Origin: Phoronis australis
Taxonomy: Eukaryota; Animalia; Phoronida
NCBI GenBank assembly: GCA_002633005.1
Contig: NMRA01000110.1
Location: forward strand, 457,850 to 521,849
Direction of reading: 5' to 3'
DNA length: 64,000 bases
The notes beneath the pieces are model-generated. The model made no database searches, was not told the origin of the DNA, and saw only the letters and a program-made list of their open reading frames with translations. A program made the position numbers and the translations under genes. Each line of letters starts with the position of its first letter. Position 1 is the first letter of the stretch. Positions 23,901-37,400 of the stretch are shown piece by piece.

Positions 23901-26900
23901 ATATGGCCAACAGGATGTTGTATAGTACCAATATGGCCGACAGGATGTTATATAGTGCCAGTAAGATACTTTGTCATAGTCAAGTTTTGCACCAACAGAT
24001 AACAGTTTTTATGCTCACATTAGCCTTGTACAGTCTGTAGGTTTATACTGCATATATTACTTATTCCGTGGGCAGAGCTTAGTCTGCTGATAACACTGAT
24101 AATGATTGTTATTATGAGGTTAGTGTTGATACACTTGTCACCCAGCCATTGTGATACCATTGTTAAAGCTCTTTAATTATCTACCCCTGTATGCTGAACT
24201 ACTGTAGATTGTCACTTTCAGTTTTGTGTTTACAAATTTGTCCTAGGTATTGGTAGTTAAAGAAATGGTTTACGGTTAATGTGTTTCAGTAAATTTTATT
24301 GTTTCCTTTGTACTTGTACTTGGTTGTTAAATCAAAGGCAAAGATTATCTTTACAATTCATTTTATTTATTTGTTATGATGTATAGTTCAGAGCTGTATT
24401 ATTATGTGTATTTTATATAATTATTATGTTATAATTATGTGTAATACTCTTACTTTATGTTGATTTCCTACTAGTTGCTTACAATATTCTTCATATCTAA
24501 ATGTTCAGTTATGGTTACCCTTCATGTGGACAATCATGAGTTTGGTGAAGTCTGCATGATAACTGCTTTACTAATATCTCAACTTTCTCGCTCAATGTCT
24601 AAAGCTTTTTGATTGGTGTAACTTGTGTTGACAGTGAGATGCAGAAGTATGGTGTCTGTTTAGTGAGATGATGTATTCAAAAAGAATGCTATCAATCTCA
24701 GAATGTCATTCTTGACAGACAGGTGGCTCTCTATGTCACTGGCCAGACTTCTGTGTTCAAATTTATTGGTTGTTACACTGACAGTTAACTTGTTATAGGA
24801 ATACGTCTGCTGTTAACTTGTTATAGGAATACGTCTGCTGTTAACTTGTTATAGGAATACGTCTGCTGTGTAAGTGTGTTGAACAGTTTAGTCAACTTTA
24901 TTGAAGATGTCATGGGGCGATTTAAGTTTGGAAAAGTGACACATACACTTAATTCTGAATGTTTATGTACAATTTATTATTAATTTATGCCTTTCCCTAC
25001 ATTCATATCTGCAGAGACAAGGATGGGTGTTCTTGTCGAACTATTCATCTAAATTATTTGAAATTCAAAATGACAGTAAACTGCGTTTCAATTAACAATT
25101 TAGGAAAGTTTCAATTGAATGGTAAAAGTGAAGTTTTACTTTAAAACGGCTCTAAATCCACACCCCTTTTTGAAAGTTAACTTTTGATTTTGAACACTTC
25201 CCATTATGAAATTGGTGTCAAATTGTTCCTTAATAAAAGTGGAGGTGATTTCAGGAGTATTGTTTGAGATCACGGTCCACAAATTGCTATGTCACAATGT
25301 GTCGTTTTATGCCCAAAGCACAGTCGCAAGAAATAATCCAGTTCTCATTTGAGTAACAAACAATTTTATTGCAAATAACTAAAGCAACAGTTTACTTCCT
25401 GAAAGGGCCATTCAACTGAAACATTACCAGGTTGTTTAAAATGTTAGATGAAGTGTATTTTATTATATACATGTCTACAAATTGCTGCTATAAATAATTC
25501 ATCAGAAATTTTTTTGATCCACAATTGTTTTGAGGATAAATGATGCGCCTTAGTCCTTTCATGTAAGTTTCTGTTATATGTAATTAATGTGTTTTAATTT
25601 GTGTGTGAAGAACTGTATTAAATATTCATTTGCATTTTCATGTTCATGTTCTTGTTCATGTTCATGTTCATGTACATTTTCAAGGCAAAAGAGGAAGTTA
25701 GTGAAGTTACAAAGCAAGTTGAAGACGCTAAAATATCCGATGGCGACGCGACTAAAGAGGCACCACCTATTCCTGAAAAAGCACCGCCGGCAGCGCAACG
25801 ACGGGAAAAGCCAGGAAAGAAGAAGAAAATGTCTGACGAGGAAGTTCTAGCCGCATTAAGTAAGATGGCGGGAGGGAACGGGAAATATAGGTGTGAATGA
25901 CTTTGTAGTCATTGTGTGTGATAGTGGTGCATTATGGGAGATTTTGTGAATTACGTTAACGGTAGCAGTTATAGATACGTGTTGTTGTTGTTGTTACTGC
26001 AGTTATTGTTGCAAACAAATAATTGAGCTTTTGCAAATAATAATTGAGAGTGGTGTAATTAAATTGCCCGAAATTTTGATTCTACAGGGAATCTGGCATC
26101 AGAAGGTGATCCGCACAAAAAGTATGATCTTCGCGAAAAAGTAGGCTCAGGGTGAGTACAGTGATGTAGGCTGACATTCCTCTTCAAACAAGTAGACTGA
26201 GTCATCACAGGCAAGCACATTGAATTCTGGGTAAATTTAGCAAGCACATTGAATTCTGGGTAAATTTAGCAAGCACATTGAATTCTGGGTAAATTTAGCA
26301 AGCACAAGTTGATCCAAGTGTTTCATAAATTTCTTGAAGTTCAATCAGGACTCAGAATCACTGTGAGTGGATCATTTCATAGTCCCTCGGTATCCCTTCT
26401 GTTTAACGCTAACGTAGATTTTGATTAAGTGATTTGAGTGTTGTGGGTACCCATTAATTTGTTGTCACTGTTTGTGTGCATATCATGTTGTTACTGTTTG
26501 TGTGCATACCATGCAGCCAATGAGTTTCACTGTCCGGACTGATTAAGTGCATAAGATAAAAGATAAATGTCATTTCTTGGACAGTTATTAAAATACCCAG
26601 AATTTTTACAAGAAATCATGCACCGGATAAACTATTGTAAAACTTTGGTATTGTTAGCACATGTTGGTAAATCTCATTTAACACTTCAAAAACTTGAGAA
26701 ATCTGATAGGGTTGAGTCCACTGTGTTGTGTTCGATGTTTTGATTTTTGCTGGTTTGCACCACTTTTGCATGCTGTAGAATGACGTTAATTATTTAAATA
26801 CTATTTCATCCTGTTTAGCTGGCTAAAAACCAAAATTGAATTAGGCGTTTTTCTCTTATATAATCGGTCTTAAAATTTCCTTTCTATGATAGCACCTGCT

Positions 26901-29847
26901 TTCTGTTGCTAAGAAGAACATTGAAATCCTCAACAGGTCAAAACACATGTCGAAAAATCAACTTTATTGGAGTTTGCCTTTGCTGAAATTATAAAATGGT
27001 GCACAGTGACTTTTATTAAAAAATAAGTCAACAGTGACCATATGGTGCGAGTACAGCAGTGACCATATGGTGCGAGTACAACAGTCCTCAGCTGTTGGGT
27101 GTGGCTCTTTGGTTAACAACTCAAAATATGCTAAGGTGATGGGTAAACGGGGCGAAATGCTGCTTTGAGCCAAAATAACAGCTTACACTGTGTAGTGGTT
27201 TTGAATACATGGATAAGTGCTGCTATTGTAGCACATGGGCTGTGTCCCTGGTGCTTAACCAAACCCTGGCACTAATTTCTTTTATAGTTTAAGGCTGCGT
27301 GGCTATTCAAGATCGTGTGCTTAGTCGAGCTTAGATGATAGTTGTATCTTGCGATTGTTTAATGTGTCTTCATTATTGACAATAGGGCGTCTGGGACGGT
27401 GTGCATGGCGCGAGTGAAGAGTGATGATGGCGATGTGTCGGAGACAGCAGTGGCCATTAAAAAGATGGACCTGGAGAATCAACCAAAGAAGGAACTCATT
27501 ATCACAGAAATTGAGGTACAAGCTGACATTACAACATGTCTCCGCAGGTCACTGTCTATAAACCCAGGCAAATATTTGCCAGGTGCATAGATAAACAGAA
27601 AATTCTCAATTTGTTTGTGCATGCTTAAGTGGCAAACTTTTCCCCTAGTTTCTGAGGATGGGACATCAAAGGCTTTACTGAACCAAGTTGGGAAATTTTT
27701 GATTAGTTTATGGTTCCATTGCAGTATACTTGTGAAGAGAGTGTTTTTGGAAACTTCCCATTCAGGTGTCTGGCTACTGTATCAATGTAGCTGTACATTT
27801 GACATTGCCATGTTGGGTTTGATTTTTGTACAAAAATGCCATCCGTTAATTTACTGGACTTGAAATTTTCCTCTTTTAACAGGATTTCCTCTTTTTTTAG
27901 TTTTGATTTACTCTTATTTGATTTCCAGTTTCCTATTTTTTGGTCTTTTTCATTTGTTTGACTTTATTTATGCAAAATAAGTCGGTGTAAATAGACCTAG
28001 AGATTTTAATAATTGTTGCAAAATGTCATTTCAGTTAAATTTTACAACACAAAAAGTCTTTGTATTTGTGGAGTGATGCATCACCTGGAATATTTTGCTC
28101 CTTTTTGTCATAGGTCATTCCAAGCCCTGAATTTAGTATATGCCCAGGCATATATTTAGAAACCTGTGTTACTTCAGATAAACTATTTGTGTTCCAGAAG
28201 TAAGTTGTCTAGCACTTGAAAACTTGTCTGAATTACTTTAATACCAACTTATTAATCACAGTTAATCGATAGACAGGTTTTTTATTTGTTAATGCAGTAA
28301 GAGTTATGTAACTCCTTTTCACTCTCACTAGGTAATGAAGAAACATAACCACCCAAATATTGTCAATTATATTGAGAGCTTCCTGGTAGAAATGGACAAA
28401 GAACTCTGGGTAATTATGGAGTTCCTGGAAGGTGGCGCCCTCACTGACGTGGTGACGGAAACTATCATGGATGAAGGCCAGATTGCGGCTGTCTCCAAGG
28501 CTTGTCTCGAGGCACTCAACTTCCTACACAAACAGAATATCATTCACCGGGACATTAAGAGTGACAATGTTTTACTTGGCTTGTACGGAGAAGTTAAACT
28601 CACTGACTTTGGATTCTGTGCTCAGGTTTGTTAAGTTGCAGCACTCGTTTTAGATTCTTTGCTTAGGTTTGTTGAATTTGTTTCACTAAAATAAACTTGA
28701 GGGTCTCGGTTTTGAGATGGATAGGCATCCGGCATGTGAAGTTTACTTTTTTATTTCTTCAAAATATTTTTTATCAGAGATATTAAAGATTGATGTTGGT
28801 GGACCTAAATTTTGTGCACAAGATTTCAGCTAAAATTTAAAGTAAATCAAAATTTTTGTGTGTGCTATATATTGAAACTACCCACACTCTTTGATCCAAA
28901 TCCGTGTTCTTGCACGGTCGAATGATAATTGTGGATCACTTATTTCACACAGGGGACCCCCATTATTTGCAGTTATTTATGATTTTCAAAGAACATAATG
29001 GAGATTTTTGCATCCAGATCAAAGGCTGTTTTGTTTCGACGTATGAAAAATAAAAGGTTTAGTTCAGTTTAAATTTTAGCCTTATTATGTTCCAAACTGG
29101 GTGCAAGCAACATCAAACACTGTACATGCATACTACACATTATATAGGTCAGCAAGCTTATAGAGCTATGTAGAATGTACGGATGAACTGGTTTACACTA
29201 TTTCTGTTGTCAAAGTCATAATCAGTAATATTTTATTTCATGGCAGGTTGCCTCAAAGGACTCTAAACGTGTGACTATGGTTGGAACACCGTACTGGATG
29301 GCCCCAGAGGTCGTGTCAAAGTAAGTGTGTGTCACTATTATTCAATTGAACCGAGAGATTCATTGCCAGTACAATGGAAAACTGACATTCTACATGTGCA
29401 AGTAGAACAGCAGTGCTGTGTGACATGTTTTGAGTTCAGTGAAGATTGGACCTGCGCGGGTAGCAGTATACTATCTTGTGCAGCAAAGTGAAAATTAACA
29501 TTATTCAAATGTTGTTTTTTCTTGTTGTCAGGAAACAGTACGGGAGTAAAGTGGACATCTGGAGTCTGGGAATCATGGTGATCGAGATGATCGAGGGGGA
29601 GCCACCGTATCTCAACGAGACGCCGCTACGAGCGCTCTATCTCATCGCCAATCAGGGCAAGCCCGAGATCAAGGAGCAGGAGAAGTTGTCTCCAGAGTTG
29701 GTCAGCTTTCTAAACCAGTGTCTGGAGGTTGATGTAGAGAAGAGGGCCTCAGCCGAGGAGCTGCTTCAGCACGAGTTCTTGAAGAAGGCTAAACCACTGA
29801 GCACGTTGGCACCTCTCATTGTGGCTGCAAAGGAAGCATTGCGTTGA
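17991..29847 (+). CDS. PAK: Group I p21-activated serine/threonine kinase (CRIB plus STE20-family kinase), about 564 aa, 9 coding exons
   Basis: Exons 17991-18211 ([21 protein letters not shown]), 19235-19484 ([16 protein letters not shown]), 21489-21659, 25685-25859 ([13 protein letters not shown]), 26088-26151 (GDPHKKY..VGSG), 27386-27515 ([22 protein letters not shown]), 28332-28625 ([15 protein letters not shown]), 29247-29320 ([15 protein letters not shown]), 29532-29847. All GT-AG, phases consistent, 1695 nt total. Confidence 0.96.
18320..18667. repeat. About 40-bp minisatellite, 8-9 copies
   Basis: Unit TGTAACACCTCATGCACCAGGTAAACTGGACACTAATGCCT. Confidence 0.93.
19886..20122. repeat. 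Degenerate tandem repeat of about 38-40 bp
   Basis: Unit GGTAAATCCTCAAACAATCCTTTGCTTGGATTTG(T/G)G. Confidence 0.85.
20458..20650. repeat. Degenerate tandem repeat of about 42 bp
   Basis: Recurring GGTGGAGCTGACTGTTA(C/T)TGTTTGAGA(C/T)TAGG. Confidence 0.75.
23560..23700. repeat. About 22-bp minisatellite
   Basis: Unit TGCATGGTCTCCCCAAAACACT. Confidence 0.88.
24784..24869. repeat. 28-bp perfect tandem repeat, 3 copies
   Basis: Unit GTTAACTTGTTATAGGAATACGTCTGCT. Confidence 0.93.
26211..26306. repeat. 29-bp tandem repeat, about 3 copies
   Basis: Unit GCAAGCACATTGAATTCTGGGTAAATTTA. Confidence 0.93.
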
Positions 29848-30250
29848 TAGGGGCTGGTGTTGGGAGTCACTGGTCTGTGGACGTAGGATTGTCTTTTACT
29901 GTGCAGTACATTGATGGGTACTTACATTGGGAGTCACCCATCTGTGTAGTACATAGTCTTATGTATGTATACCGAGCATGTTTAAAAATACTTTTATCAC
30001 TCAGTGGAGGCAACTGTATACAGTGGATATTGGGCATGTTGTGTTCAAGCTTCTGCTTGATCGTTAGGAGACCCAACTTTCATAATCTACTAGTTTAAGG
30101 TGTTTTATCATGCCAAAACTACCAGCAATAATCGTCAACTAGCCATGGAACAATCATTGCAAACTAACAGCTTAAGCTTGCCTTATTTCACAATTTCAAT
30201 TATTTGTTTTGCCAAATGTAAAATTGAAACTAATCTAGAGGGACAGGAGG

Positions 30251-30444
30251 GCATGCGTGTCCCAATCAGATAGTGACATGATGGCTTGCGTGTCCCAATC
30301 AGATAGTGACATGATGGCTTGCGTGTCCCAATCAGATAGTGACATGATGGCTTGCGTGTCCCAATCAGAAAGTGACATGATGGCATGCGTGTCCCAATCA
30401 GATAGTGACATGATGGCATGCGTGTCCCAATCACATAGTGACAT
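30251..30444. repeat. 33-bp minisatellite, about 6 copies, in the presumed PAK 3' UTR
   Basis: Unit GGCTTGCGTGTCCCAATCAGATAGTGACATGAT. Confidence 0.95.
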
Positions 30445-33400
30445 TTGTTGTGAATCTGGGTTGAACATGCTCTTTATGTTCCTATTTAGCCCTGCGTACA
30501 TTGACTAGCTTCCTTCAACCAGTATAGATCAGTGGAACAGTATAGAACCAGGCAAAGTCTCACATTCACCTGAAAGATTATTTTAGAGTATTGTAAGGAA
30601 ATTATAGAAGTTTTTAAAATTCCATGGACTGATGAACCTAGTGTACTCATTCTCTCGTAAGTTTCTTCCTAGATACTCTAATTCTTCAGTAATAGTGGAA
30701 CTTGAAAAACAACACTCAGACTGCCCCTGTAGGACAGGTGCCAAGCAACGAACTGAAGCGCAGGTTAGCTATGACAACATGAACATCCCTCCCTCAGTAA
30801 AGGATTTGCAGGTCAAAGTACAACGATGACCTTGACCTTGTGATGAGAGCATTGTGTGGATGTTCATTGGCCACTGTCAGAGGGGGTGTCCAGGACACAA
30901 ACCTCCATTGTTTCATGTTACATTACCTACTAGGCTCGTATTGCCTGGTGTGATCTATTCCTTTGAGCAATCTGAAATATTGCATTGTATTTAGACACCA
31001 CTAGCAGAGTTACCCGAGTGTTAATTTGTAAATCTTGTATTCAAGGAACACTAAATGTCGTATGTAAATAAGACTCAACATGTGTTTTACAAGTATCGTG
31101 TTACAAAGATACAACTTGTATTCATAATATAAAACACTACTATAAGCTCCTGCGTCTTCTGCTGTTGAAACAGCTGAATTGTGGGTAATTATGTGAAATT
31201 TTTAATAAAATAACATGGTTGCACACCATTGTTCAAAAATTAAATTCCCTCTCTGCTTTGTCTAAACATTCCATTTATCAAATTTTGATTATCGAAGAAC
31301 AATCACGATTATCTTGTAACCGCTAAGTTCTGCATTGTCACACATCTGGCACTGTTGAGAAGTGGCTTTTATAGCATTGAAAAACAATCATGTAGAAACT
31401 TTGATCTTGTATTGCCATTGTCATTTTTTACTGTGTGGCTATGTCCTTACAGCTGAATTTCGTAGACAAACAAACCATGACCTAAATTCACTTTGAAAAT
31501 GGTACTGTTGTTACATTTCTAAAATTAGTTTTAATTTGCGCTATTTACCCCAACCTCTGGCCTATTTACATTGGCGCAATATTTCAGTCATCGTTTCTGG
31601 CCATTTTAGTGAAATTGTGGCCATGACTTTAACAATAATTTGTATGTTAAGCAATATTACTTTTTCTTAAAACATGTATCATTGAGCTTCTCACTATAGT
31701 TGCTTAATTATTAGAACTATTTTCATCTTCGACTGTTTGATACCTTTGCCGATTCCCCTTTGTAAAAGTAAGTCAATCCCTTGTTATGATTCCTGATATC
31801 TGCTCAAGTTGAGCTGAAGTGAATGAAATGAGTTTGAATAAATGGTCACAATATTATTGAACGTTAATCCCAAACAAAATGTCAGCTTGGTTATACGTTT
31901 CGTTTGACGTTATTGACAATTACGGATAGTTACCATGGAATCTGTAACTAGTCATCGAAATGATGTCCAGTATCGCTTTTTTGTTAGCTTGCGAAATGTC
32001 AGATTTATAAATTGTATTGCTAAATATTTGGTGATATTACTGACGTGTTATTTAGACATTCTTGTACAAATTGTTAACTGGTCTATTACAAACCATTAGT
32101 ATTATATAATGTATTTTAACACTTAATAAACATTATCAAAAAAATTAAATTATTTAAATTTAATTCTTTTACCAACAAGATGTTTGATCTTGATGGTTCC
32201 CATTTGCAAACAGAATTGTTTTACCACAACTGTCCGGGGGTTCTATCTTAACACCAAAATTATACTTGCGGATGTTTGACATTACACTTGATATTCTTCA
32301 CCATGGTATTTTTCGATTGCTGATCTAAATTAAGAAAAGTTTCCAAGAAAGTGACTGATCACAAGATTTTTGACGTTCAGAACTCTAAATCACATCCTAC
32401 AAATATTATTCTTCCAGTGCATGTCCAGTTCACACAAACTCTTGCACCATAGCTTCTCAAGGAGTCCAAAAATAGGCTCATGAGTGGATATTCAATTAGT
32501 AACCTTTCAGAAATGTCGCAAGAATCTGAATATACATGCACAGGTATATTTTCGAGGGTCGTATTGTCAGAAACTGCATCAAACGTGTGGTGCAACTTAA
32601 AAGCAAATGATTGTCACTAATTATTCACTCTAAAGTGCTTTCACAGTATGTATAAGTGCAAAGCCCTTCAATCTACAAATGTAATACATACTTATGTACT
32701 TCTGTTTGTTTAAAAACAAACATTAGTTGTGAATTTTTTAAATAAACATGTCTTTTTGATGAAATTGTAACTTACTAGTAAGAATTGTATTTGTCTATAC
32801 TTATTGAGCATTTGGCAAACAGTGCATTAACACTGTCCTTCAAACCGTGAATACAGTTACTTACCATTAAAGTCCCCCAATATTTCAGTGAAAGTTATTT
32901 GAGTGAAACAGTAATCCCAAACTGTTTAGCCAAAATAAATTTTACATCAAAACTTATTACAAATGTATTTTAAAACAAGCCATCAATGTTTCAAAACATG
33001 TAACTAGTTAAAGAAAACAGGTAGCCTCGTGCCTGTACTTTAGTAAAAAATTTCTAAAAATACTCAATGCCTTAGTTTTGGGCGAGCCTATTTTTGGAAA
33101 TTCCAATCAAGGCTTAACATATCGCGACAACACCAGGAACAATTAGTTTATACTGTGGACAGATACTTATAAACTGTTCAGTGGTTTGTATTGTGAACAA
33201 ATATTAAACTGTCCACTGATTTGTATTGTGAACTCACTAGTGAGGTCAGAGTTCACTGATCGACTGCAAGCGCTGTAGTACTACCTCTTGCTTCTCAGAT
33301 AAGTAAATTATGCTCTACCTTAACATTTGGACAGGAGTTGCTTAGGTATGAAGAACAAGCAACAAACACGCAAACATTCGTACAAAGTGACAACTTAGTC

Positions 33401-34435
33401 TTACTGGAGTCTACAATTCACTTACACTCTTTGCGTGCCATACATTCAAACACTCACAAAACTGACTCCTGAGAAAGTCGCGATTTGAAATCAATCGTTT
33501 TAAATCAATGCACCGTAGTCGGTTAAAACATTTAATGATTAATATATGTAATACTGCAATGAAGTGATCCGTTAAAATGATTTGGAAAGTTATACTTTGC
33601 AAGAATAACTCAACAAGACAAGTCGATACACGAGTGGAGTGTTGTACACTTCTTATCACATGTAAGTTTCATGAACTAGTGAGACACATCATCTGTGCAG
33701 TCACAGACGTCATGACGTCATGTTTGGGCGAGACTGTTGAAGTCATACCTGAGTGGCAGCTTACCTGTGTGTGATCTGTCAACAGTGAGAAAGGTATGGG
33801 ACGTTGTGTCATTGTGCTGACAGCCATTATGGAAAGCAGTGCTCATACAAACTGTTGCACAAGAAAAATTAACTTATTATTTTTTATGGTAAGAAGTAAG
33901 ATTACAATAATCAACACATTGTGGTGTGTGCCTTCAAGGCAACTGTTAAAAATCCTAAGATCAAGTTAAGACAGGAATTAACAGGAGTGAAGAGTGAAGG
34001 GAAGACTTTCTGATGTAACTGAAGTCAGACCATGGCTGAGGTCCACAGATGCAAGACACTTGCAAGTAAAGCTAGTGTGACCATGTGCTTCATGGTGATA
34101 TCTCGCTAACAGTTGCATCATCTCGCATTTTCAAGGCAGAGGTTGTCATGTCTATGCAATACACACCTTTCTGAATTCCACCTGGGACTTAAACTCAGAT
34201 GTGCCACTGTTGTAAACAATGGAAACCACTCAACTGAGTTGCAACACAAAAGTTACAAACATAGCACAAACTCATTCCAATGTGAGTGATTTTCAGATGA
34301 AATATCACGAGTCAACTCGTGCGTCCACATTCCATGACCTTTGACACAGCTGGTCTTCACATCCAGTGACCTCTGACCTCTTCTTGGTAACAGGTGTTAC
34401 TGTACAGCAGGACTGCTCTACAAATGAGTGCATCA

Positions 34436-37400
34436 CTATTCAGCCACTTCAACAGTCAGACTTTCTTGTCTCCCTGAACACTTCTCTGTACAAGTGATGT
34501 GAACTGATCCCTCTCTACAACATCAGACATGGAGTATACAGAACTGAGTTCAATCAACATGACAACTAACTGAAGCTCAAATGATATGAATGGGTTAGTA
34601 ATCTATGAATAAGCTCAAAAACTTGCAAACATAGCAGTTAAGTTTATTTCAGAACCCTTTGTGACTGTTTTGACTTCTGGCAGATAACAATTTCTCAGAA
34701 ATATCAATGTGAGCATAACCAAAAGAATGACCATTTTGGAGTGTATAATGCAGAGGTCTTTCTGCATCACATTCACTATGTACTTGTGAGACTTTAGGAG
34801 TGCATAATGCAGAGGTGTTCTGCCACATTCACATCATACTTGTGCGACTTCATCATGGTAACTATGGTGACCATGTCCTCACTGCATTTGTTCAAACTAT
34901 CCATAGCAACAAAGCTGCTTCTGTGACAGAATGGTGGACGGAGCCACATTGAGAGTTTAAAAAAAAACTTGGAAAGTTTTCTACTTTGAGCTGCTATGTA
35001 ACACAAAATATCAAGACATCGGGACAACTACAAGAGGTTATCTTGTTGTATCCTTTGTCCACTTCCATCTAAGCGAGCTACTCAATGTCTACTTAAAGGT
35101 GCTACTCATTGTGAGTACTACCAGCACTTGATCCCTACCTGCGTATATGATAGACTACATTGACCTGTGACCCCTCCTCCATATCCCTCATCACCACTCT
35201 CCCCAACAGGGTGCGCACCAGCTCTTTATGACCCCCTTCATACAGCTCCAGGCTAAACGTTGACTGCTGATTGGCTAGAGGATACACTTCGTGACAACGG
35301 GCCGGGATGGGGGTATTCTCAGGAAACACAGTTTGGTAGAACTCGCCAGATTCATTTTTGAGCTGCAAAACAACATGGCAGGTTTGGGCAATAGTTTAAA
35401 GTGAGAACAAACCTGTAAGTAAAGCTGCCTTCCATCACAAGAAGAACTTTAGATTTAAACCACTTATTGTTATTACTGAGGACATTCCCACGCATGTCAA
35501 GAGAAGGACCTCTCTCAAGAAATATTTACACTTGTGTTACATTGAATTTTTACATACACTAAAATTGCCCCATTTTCCAGAAAAGTCCAACTCTAAATTC
35601 TACACACAATACATTGGCCTGCAGTACAGTTACCACAAACATTTATAACAAAGCTGTGAATAATAGGTACATTTTTGTTACATATCACCCGATAAATGTA
35701 TTATTTCGCTAGTAATTAAATGTTGAATAGAAAATCTTGTCTAAGCATAATAACAATTACAATTTAAACAATTATGGCAATTTTTAAGCAGTTTTCTGAA
35801 CTCCTTCCTGAAATTCTCTGCATTCCCAGAGGGACACTCTTGACAAACACGGTCACTACTGAAGAGTACTCAACAGATTCTCCGTTTCTAAAGATTCCAA
35901 CGGCCAAACATAACTTGTCTTACAGACAGGTGACAGCTCTCTAATGGACAGTCTGTCACTCTAACGGACAGTCTGTCACTCTAATGGACAGTCTTGTCAC
36001 TCTAACTGATAGTCTGTCTCTCTCAATTTCTGTCACTCACCTTAACTTGCAGACAGTTTGACAAACACTCCAACTGACAGTCAGTCTCCACAGACTCCTC
36101 CCCTCCAGCCAGTATTGCAGCCTAAAAGAACGACATGTAAAAATCCTACAGAAATTGATCTGCCACAAAACAAGGTAAAATCTACAAAGATCTTCAATTT
36201 TTAATAAGCACTTGACAAACATAACACTTTTGACAACACTCCACTTTTACAACTCTTACTGACATATAACAGCAGTCTGTGTCAACACACAGAAGCAAGT
36301 TGTTACCCATGCTGTAGTTATAGTTACCCGTATAGCAGAGCTTGGTACATCAACATTGTGTACAACATGCTGTAGCTATAGTTACCTGTATAGCAGAGCA
36401 CGGTACGTCAACATTGTGTACATGTTGTTACTATAGTTACCTGTTTAGCAGCGCCCACAGCTATCACTTCTTCAGGTGATATGGTGTTTAACAGCTCTGC
36501 TTGGGGTAAAACTGCCTGAACTTGATTGACTAGGAAAGGTATATTGGTTGAGCCTCCACACAGTATTACCTAAGACAGTAACTAGTATCAATGGTTGCTT
36601 GGCAACTGAATGAAAACTAACTTAAAGTTTCATTCTGAATAGATTACTGCACAATTATACTGAACTCCAAAATTTTTTCAAAAACTACTAACATTAGCAT
36701 AAATGTTAATTATTAAAGAAATACCAAAAATTGTATCATAAATAATTTTTCAAGTACTGACAGCATAATTGCGTAGCACACGAAATAAGTGTATTTAAGC
36801 ACCATGTAAAGTCAAGCCAATAATATCGAGTATTTCCATGGTACCAACGAACCACATCAATGTGGTGACAAAACTTTTCTAAAACTTTTTATTGTAAATG
36901 AAGTTTGCAGTAAGCCAATCATCCTGCATACAGTTAAAGTGAGGGAACATTATAAGCAAGGCACATTGTAACACTGGTTGACAGTATAATGATTCACAGT
37001 CTGACACAAAGGTTCATTTGGACAACACAGTACATCACAGCACACCATAGTACACCTACTTTCTGTATATCATGACTGGCCAGTCCTGCCTGCTCTATTG
37101 CCTCAGTCATTGGTTCTATATATTCACGTACTATACTGCTGGCCAACATTTCAAACCGACTTCTGAAACAAGATGAAGATAAAGTGAATATTAAAAAGTT
37201 AAACATGGAACACGACTAAGACACTAACAGGCATAATAGCCTCGTCCTAAACTCTCTCACCCCCACTCTGATTCTGTAGTATTTACCCACAATGCCTGTT
37301 TGATTGTGTGATATTTACCCATAATGCTGCACAACTACCAGCTACTTAATTGACTAATTATTATTATACATCACAACTTCATCATTTTTCATTCAAATGT

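Noticed and set aside
29844-30098. Possible readthrough extension of PAK
   Set aside because: PAK ends in tandem stops TGA TAG, and the downstream ORF is in another frame and featureless.
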